Assembly (NCBI GenBank): GCA_003282175.1
Contig: QBZX01000001.1
Span: forward strand, 96,615-160,614
Reading direction: 5' to 3'
DNA: 64,000 bases
Source of the DNA: Pelagibacteraceae bacterium AG-337-G06
GTDB lineage: Bacteria > Pseudomonadota > Alphaproteobacteria > Pelagibacterales > AG-422-B15
Shown piece after piece: positions 58,680 through 64,000 of the stretch (position 1 is its first letter; each line of letters begins with the position of its first letter). A program made the position numbers and the translations under genes. The notes under the pieces are model-generated. The model had not been told where the DNA came from. It worked only from the letters and a program-made list of their open reading frames with translations, and did not search any database.

Positions 58680-59285
58680 TTAATTCTTTTTAAGAATAGA
58701 TCCTTGATTGATCATACTATAAAACTCTCTCCTTGTAGAGGAGTCAGTTCTAAATTTGCCTAAAAGCTGACTTGTGACCATAGAAATACCTGGGGTACCA
58801 ATTCCTCTTGTCGTCATACATTGGTGTTGCGCTTCAATAACAACCGCCACACCTTTTGGTTTAAGGACATCTTGTATACAATTGGCAATTTGAGCAGTTA
58901 GCTTTTCCTGGATTTGCATTCTTTTCATATAAATACGCGTAATCCTTGCAAGTTTACTTATTCCTACTACTCTTTTGTTGGGTAAATATGCTACATGCGC
59001 CGAACCTATAAAAGGGGCGATATGGTGTTCACAGTGCGATTCAATCCTGATGTCACGTAGCATAATAATTTCATCATAACCTTCAAGTTCGTCAAAAGTT
59101 TTTGATAAAACTTCGTTAGGGTCATCATTGTAGCCTGAAAACCAATCTTCATAGGCCCTTACAACTCTTTTAGGAGTCTCTAGTAAGCCTGGTCTATCAG
59201 CATTCTCTCCAACAAAAGATAACAGGGTTTTAACCGCTGCCTCAGCTTCCTGACGAGTAGGCTTTATATTTTTCTTTTTTTTCAT
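58680..59285 (-). CDS. folE: GTP cyclohydrolase I
   Basis: 'ETPKRV', '[10 protein letters not shown]', 'QERLT' and '[10 protein letters not shown]' motifs. Confidence 0.95.
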   Translation of the reverse strand: MKKKKNIKPTRQEAEAAVKTLLSFVGENADRPGLLETPKRVVRAYEDWFSGYNDDPNEVLSKTFDELEGYDEIIMLRDIRIESHCEHHIAPFIGSAHVAYLPNKRVVGISKLARITRIYMKRMQIQEKLTAQIANCIQDVLKPKGVAVVIEAQHQCMTTRGIGTPGISMVTSQLLGKFRTDSSTRREFYSMINQGSILKKN

Positions 59286-59419
59286 GATTTTGAAGTCAGA
59301 TTACTATATGAAAAACTATAAAATATATAGTTTTATTATTTACGAAAAAAACTAATAAATTATCTAAATAGACAATAATATATTAAATTTGTTAATTTTT
59401 CAGTGATTTAAAGAATAAT

Positions 59420-60994
59420 ATGGTAATGTCCAAAAATATGCCTTCAATACGTGAAATTAGTAAAGATGCGAAAGCATGGCCATTTGTTGAGGCGATGAAA
59501 ATAATAAAAAAAGCTCAAACCAATAATAAGCAAACAATTAGATTGCAGACTGGATATGGTCCAAGTGGATTACCTCATATTGGTACATTTGGTGAGGTCG
59601 CAAGAACCACAATGATTTTAAATGCCATAAAATCGTTATCAGATATTGAAGTTGAACTTATTGCCTTCTCTGATGATATGGACGGACTTCGCAAAGTGCC
59701 CGACAATGTTCCTAACCAAAAAATATTAGAAGAAAATCTTCATAAGCCGCTTACGTCAATTCCAGATCCATTTGAGACAAGTAAGAGTTTTGGTGACCAT
59801 AATAATGAAATGTTACAAGAATTTTTAGATAAATTCGATTTTAAGTATACATTTAAAAGTGCGACTGAGCTTTATACTTCAGGGTATTTTGATGATCAAC
59901 TTGTCAATGTGTTGAATAATTATGAGTCGATTAAAAATATTATTCTACCAACATTAGGAGAAGAGAGAAAAAAAACATACAGCCCATTCCTTCCAATTTG
60001 TCCCAAAACCGGACATGTGCTTGAAGTTGAAATTATTTCAATTAATCCTGATAACAATTCAATTACATATATAAGTGAAAATAAAGAAGTTGAGCAATCT
60101 ATTTTAAAAGGAAAATGTAAACTTCAATGGAAAGTTGATTGGGCAATGCGATGGGGTGCCCTTGACATTGATTATGAAATGTATGGTAAAGATTTAATAC
60201 CTACGTTCCAGCTTTCTGCAAAAGTAAGCCGAGCACTTGGCCATCCTCCCCCAGAGAACTATTTTTACGAATTGTTTCTAGATCAAAATGGAGAAAAAAT
60301 ATCAAAGTCTAAAGGCAATGGATTAACAATAGAGGAATGGCTGTCATATGCACCTAAAGAAACATTAAGTTATTTTATGTATCAAAACCCAAGAAGAGCT
60401 AAGAAACTCTTTCATGACATCATTCCAAAGTCATCTGACGAGTTCTTAAGTCATTTAAACAAATTTAATACTCAATCTGATCATGAGAAAATTGAAAATC
60501 CGGTTTGGCACATTATGAATGGTGAGAACTCTATAGGAAATGTAAATGTAACATATAATCTTATATTAAATCTTGTTGCCGCGAGTGGAAAAAATGATCC
60601 TGAAATTATTTTAGATTTTGTTAAGAAATATGATAAAAATATTATTAGTTCTAATACTCATTTTATTAATGATTTAATTAAAGGGGCAATTAATTTTGAA
60701 AGAGATATTACCTCAGAGCAAAAAAATTACAAAACCCCGTCTAGCCAAGAAAGAAAAATCTTTGAGGATCTAATAACTAGATTGCGTAATCAGGCAGAAA
60801 ATGCAGATGCTGAAACCATTCAAACTGAGATATATCAAATAGGGAAAGATCACAAATTTGAAAACCTCAGGGATTGGTTTAAGCTTATTTATCAAGTGCT
60901 TTTTGGCAAAGAGGATGGACCTAGATTTGGTACTTTTATCGCGATATATGGAATAAAACCGACAATTAAATTGATCGAAGAAAAGTTAAAATAA
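59420..60994 (+). CDS. lysS: Lysyl-tRNA synthetase, class I
   Basis: Class I signatures 'GPSGLPHIGTFGEV' (HIGH-type) and 'KISKSKG' (KMSKS-type). 524 aa. Confidence 0.9.
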   Translation: MVMSKNMPSIREISKDAKAWPFVEAMKIIKKAQTNNKQTIRLQTGYGPSGLPHIGTFGEVARTTMILNAIKSLSDIEVELIAFSDDMDGLRKVPDNVPNQKILEENLHKPLTSIPDPFETSKSFGDHNNEMLQEFLDKFDFKYTFKSATELYTSGYFDDQLVNVLNNYESIKNIILPTLGEERKKTYSPFLPICPKTGHVLEVEIISINPDNNSITYISENKEVEQSILKGKCKLQWKVDWAMRWGALDIDYEMYGKDLIPTFQLSAKVSRALGHPPPENYFYELFLDQNGEKISKSKGNGLTIEEWLSYAPKETLSYFMYQNPRRAKKLFHDIIPKSSDEFLSHLNKFNTQSDHEKIENPVWHIMNGENSIGNVNVTYNLILNLVAASGKNDPEIILDFVKKYDKNIISSNTHFINDLIKGAINFERDITSEQKNYKTPSSQERKIFEDLITRLRNQAENADAETIQTEIYQIGKDHKFENLRDWFKLIYQVLFGKEDGPRFGTFIAIYGIKPTIKLIEEKLK

Positions 60995-61002
60995 AAAACT
61001 AA

Positions 61003-62046
61003 ATGAGAAGGATATTTTTTAATATACTTAAGACCCTTGACCCTGAAGTTGCTCACAACTTAACAATAAATGCCCTTAAACTTCCAAACCCATTTATTGA
61101 AAGCAATAATGATTTCCCTATTTTAAATAATGATATTAATGGACTCAGTTTTAAGAATCCTATCGGAATGGCTGCAGGATTTGATAAAAATGCTGAAGTT
61201 ATAAATTCATTATTCAATTTAGGATTTGGTTTCACTGAGTGTGGAACTGTCACACCAAGACCTCAATTTGGAAATGTTAAGCCAAGGGTATTTCGGCTAG
61301 CATCAGATAAAGCTATTATAAATAGACTAGGCTTTAACAATAATGGCATTGAAAAATTTTTGACGAACATGAGTAAATCAAACAAAAATGGAGTCCTTGG
61401 AGCAAATATTGGACCCAACAAAGACACAGAAAATTTCTTAGATGATTATATTAATTTGTACACTAAAGTAGTTGATTATTCAGATTACGTTACAGTAAAT
61501 GTCTCTTCACCTAATACCAAGAATTTAAGAGAGATACAAGAGCACGATACATTGAATGCACTGCTCAGAGAATTGTCTCAATTACGAGAAAATATGAAGA
61601 CACAAAAAAAGATTATTCTAAAAATTGATCCTGATAGCACTAAACAGCACTACAGCATGATACTCAATTTAGTTCAAAAATATAAAATTGACGGCATAAT
61701 TGCTACTAATACTACTATATCGCGTCCACAAGATTTAATGGACGAGTATAAAGATGAAGAAGGAGGCATTTCAGGACAGCCACTTAAAGAATTATCAAAT
61801 AAAGTGTTGAGTTTCCTCTCAAAAGAAACAAATGGAGAATTGCTTCTTATTGGCGTTGGAGGAATTTCTAATGCGAAAGATGTTTATACTAAAATTAAGT
61901 TAGGCGCATCATTAGTTCAATTGTATACAGCCCTTACTTTCAATGGACCACAAATGATAAATAAGATTAAAAAAGATTTATCATTACTTTTGCAAAGTGA
62001 TGGATATAAAAGTATCTCAGATGCAGTAGGGATTATTCATTCATGA
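61003..62046 (+). CDS. pyrD: Dihydroorotate dehydrogenase (quinone), class 2
   Basis: 'GMAAGFDKNAE', 'NRLGFNN', 'NVSSPNT', 'GIIATNTT' and 'GVGGI'. Confidence 0.9.
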   Translation: MRRIFFNILKTLDPEVAHNLTINALKLPNPFIESNNDFPILNNDINGLSFKNPIGMAAGFDKNAEVINSLFNLGFGFTECGTVTPRPQFGNVKPRVFRLASDKAIINRLGFNNNGIEKFLTNMSKSNKNGVLGANIGPNKDTENFLDDYINLYTKVVDYSDYVTVNVSSPNTKNLREIQEHDTLNALLRELSQLRENMKTQKKIILKIDPDSTKQHYSMILNLVQKYKIDGIIATNTTISRPQDLMDEYKDEEGGISGQPLKELSNKVLSFLSKETNGELLLIGVGGISNAKDVYTKIKLGASLVQLYTALTFNGPQMINKIKKDLSLLLQSDGYKSISDAVGIIHS

Positions 62047-62657
62047 ATAAAATAATGGATATTCCATTTCATCAAAGAAAAAGACAAATTAATAAAAAAA
62101 ATAATCGAGAATCTATAATAACTTCCTCAAGAAAGATTCTTACAGAAAAAGGGATCGATAATGCGAGTGTTAGAGAAATCGTGTCAATCGCTAAACTTGG
62201 CTCTGGTACATTTTATAATTACTTTGATGACAAAAATGCGGTTTTTTTAATAATTATTGAAAGGCTAGTAAATGAATTCAGCGATTATTTCATGAAAAAA
62301 ATAAACGAAGCTCAAACTTTTGATCAGATTGTTGAGATAGCGTTTAGTAGTTGGTTTAATTGGATTTTAGATGAAGAGGAAAATTACTTATTTATAAAAA
62401 ATAACAGAAAATACATACTAGACTTAAAGTGGCTTTCGGCTCATTCAAAGGAGTTTGCGAGATTTAATAATAATTTATATGAATTCGTAATTAATCTCTC
62501 AAAAAAAACAAAATTTCCTCAAAACGATATTTCTTTTATGATTACATCTGTCATGGCAGTATGTATTAATCTTGGTGATGAAATGTTGACACGCAGTGAT
62601 GTATCTCCCGATGATGCTTCAAACTTTGCGACTAAACTTTTTTTGAAGGGCTTATAA
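62043..62657 (+). CDS. TetR-family transcriptional regulator
   Basis: N-terminal HTH 'GIDNASVREIVSIAKLGSGTFYNYF'. Shares a 4-nt overlap with pyrD. Confidence 0.75.
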   Translation: MNKIMDIPFHQRKRQINKKNNRESIITSSRKILTEKGIDNASVREIVSIAKLGSGTFYNYFDDKNAVFLIIIERLVNEFSDYFMKKINEAQTFDQIVEIAFSSWFNWILDEEENYLFIKNNRKYILDLKWLSAHSKEFARFNNNLYEFVINLSKKTKFPQNDISFMITSVMAVCINLGDEMLTRSDVSPDDASNFATKLFLKGL

Positions 62658-62660
62658 TTT

Positions 62661-63464
62661 ATGGCAAAAAGTATATTTATTACTGGGGCAGCCTCTGGCA
62701 TTGGCAAAGCAACCGCAATATCATTTGCTGAAAAAGGTTGGAATGTTGGTTTGTTTGATATCAATGAGGAAGGTCTCAAAGAAGTAGCTAATGAAATTGG
62801 ACATAACAAATGCATGTATCAGAAGCTAGATGTAACCAGTATTCAGGAGTGGAAAGAAGCTGAAAAAAGTTTCTCAGAATATACATCTGGAACATGCAAT
62901 ATTTTTTTTAATAATGCGGGCATAGCAAATTTTGCTGGAGCTTTTGAAGACGTACCTGTCGAAGAAATTTATAAAATAATAGATGTTAATTTTAAAGGAG
63001 TTGCAAATGGATGTATTTCGATGCTGAGTTTATTAAAGAATACAGAGAATAGTCTTCTTTTAAATACCAGTTCCGTAGCAGGGCTAGTGCCTACACCTGG
63101 TATTGCTATCTATGGAGCAACCAAGCATGCAGTAAGTTCACTAACTGAGTCCTTAAGAATTGAATATGAAAGACATGGTATAAGAGTTTCTGAAATTAAT
63201 CCATGGTTTACAGAAACGCCAATACTTGAGGCGAGAAACGTGTCATCTGATATGCAAAGTCAATGGGAACGAGACTTTGTAAATGAGCGAACTAAGATAT
63301 ACCCGGTCTCAAAAGTCGTTGATAAAGTCTGGCTAGCTTATAAAAGTAAGAAAATCCATCATACTGTAGGATTAGAAGCAAATCTTGCTTCATTCTTTAT
63401 GCGTTTTATTCCCTCTTTCATAAGAAGAATGAGTAATAAACTTTTCAAAGATACTTTTATTTAA
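62661..63464 (+). CDS. Short-chain dehydrogenase/reductase (classical SDR)
   Basis: 'TGAASGIGKA', 'NNAG' and 'YGATKHA'. Confidence 0.85.
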   Translation: MAKSIFITGAASGIGKATAISFAEKGWNVGLFDINEEGLKEVANEIGHNKCMYQKLDVTSIQEWKEAEKSFSEYTSGTCNIFFNNAGIANFAGAFEDVPVEEIYKIIDVNFKGVANGCISMLSLLKNTENSLLLNTSSVAGLVPTPGIAIYGATKHAVSSLTESLRIEYERHGIRVSEINPWFTETPILEARNVSSDMQSQWERDFVNERTKIYPVSKVVDKVWLAYKSKKIHHTVGLEANLASFFMRFIPSFIRRMSNKLFKDTFI

Positions 63465-64000
63465 ACTGATCTTTTTGCCTTATCGGCATCATTTGATGAT
63501 TTAATCATATTTCTTAGCATTTCCCACTCCTGATCAGTTACATCTTTTAACATTTCATAGAAATTTCCTGCATGGTTTAGCCATTGAGCACCATCTATGG
63601 CAACAATTTCACCTGTTAAATACTCACAACCATCTGCCATTAAAAAAGTTGCAAGATTTGCAAGTTCACTTAATTCACCAGTTCTCTTCATGGGAACTGA
63701 ATTCATTAAGTCTGCTCCCTTACCTCCAGGTGCCAATCGATCCCAAGCTCCTTTAGTAGGAAATGGACCTGGAGCAATTCCATTTAGTCTTATTCCTCTA
63801 TTTCCCCATTCAGCAGCTAGTGACCTTGTCATTGTCGCTAAGCCAGATTTTGACATCGCCGATGGAACTGTATAAGGCCCACTACTGTCAACCCAAGTAG
63901 TTAGAATAGAAATAATACTTCCTTTTAGATTTTCTTTTAACCATCTTTTACCAATGGCATTAGTCATATAAAACGTTCCATTAAAAACTATATTAGAGAT
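63461..64000 (-). CDS. SDR-family oxidoreductase (N-terminus beyond window)
   Basis: 'SAMSKSGLATMTRSLAAEWGNRGIRLNGIAPGP' is the SDR active-site/post-catalytic region. The minus-strand frame stays open through nt 64000 (…ISNIVFNGTFYMTNAIG…), so Met 63967 is internal. Confidence 0.8.
   Translation of the reverse strand: MSNIVFNGTFYMTNAIGKRWLKENLKGSIISILTTWVDSSGPYTVPSAMSKSGLATMTRSLAAEWGNRGIRLNGIAPGPFPTKGAWDRLAPGGKGADLMNSVPMKRTGELSELANLATFLMADGCEYLTGEIVAIDGAQWLNHAGNFYEMLKDVTDQEWEMLRNMIKSSNDADKAKRSV

Noticed and set aside
59307-59329. Inverted repeat AAAACTATA-N5-TATAGTTTT in the folE/lysS divergent spacer.
   Set aside because: It is a short, all-AT-rich repeat whose significance is marginal in this composition. 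No regulator context supports it.
1-64000. A search by eye for CRISPR arrays, IS elements or transposases, integrases, phage structural genes and rRNA.
   Set aside because: None was found. There are no regularly spaced direct repeats other than the 24-bp coding repeat at 29140, and no ORF has transposase, integrase or recombinase motifs.

Overview
This is a 64-kb window from a strongly AT-rich, very gene-dense genome; I did not compute an exact GC value. Most spacers are under 50 bp and many neighbouring genes share 1-4 nt start/stop overlaps. The gene content includes GcrA, a class I LysRS, a membrane-anchored CycM-type cytochrome c, and the ffs-dnaX-ybaB-recR block. Together with the compaction, this points to a streamlined marine alphaproteobacterium of SAR11/Pelagibacterales type. 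That assignment is an inference from content and was not checked by any search.

The window is dominated by housekeeping genes:
- Amino-acid and central metabolism: gltB (5'-truncated by the window edge), kdsB-pheA, nudC, dapE-dapD-argB, argD-argF, folE, pyrD.
- Translation and RNA modification: queG, thrS-infC-rpmI-rplT-pheS-pheT-lepA, def-fmt-truA, class I lysS.
- Replication and membrane insertion: dnaX-ybaB-recR, yidC-yidD-rnpA-rpmH.
- Other: LPS-type glycosyltransferases, selO, cspA, gcrA, trkH.
- Several transporters: EamA x2, MFS, LysE, AmpG, an ABC-2 permease.

RNA genes I can support are tRNA-Ser(GGA), tRNA-Arg(ACG) and a 4.5S/SRP RNA upstream of dnaX. I saw no rRNA, CRISPR array, transposase, integrase or obvious prophage.

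The regions least explained by standard annotation are:
1. A four-gene operon at 29.07-31.93 kb. It encodes a secreted Gly/Ser-repeat TPR protein, a small membrane protein, a cupredoxin-beta-helix (NosD-like) lipoprotein and a PLDc_N mini-protein.
2. An intact circularly-permuted ATP-grasp / alpha-E / transglutaminase triad at 41.98-45.16 kb.
3. A divergent pair of small unknown ORFs flanking a perfect 19-bp-arm palindrome at 27.44-28.19 kb.
4. A GC-rich structured leader with a terminator-like hairpin plus U8 upstream of a LysE exporter at about 21.14-21.27 kb.
5. A carboxyltransferase plus maleate-isomerase-like pair lacking biotin-carboxylase partners at 21.88-24.14 kb.

All functional calls rest on motif and family recognition by eye from the supplied translations. 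No database search or folding calculation was run.
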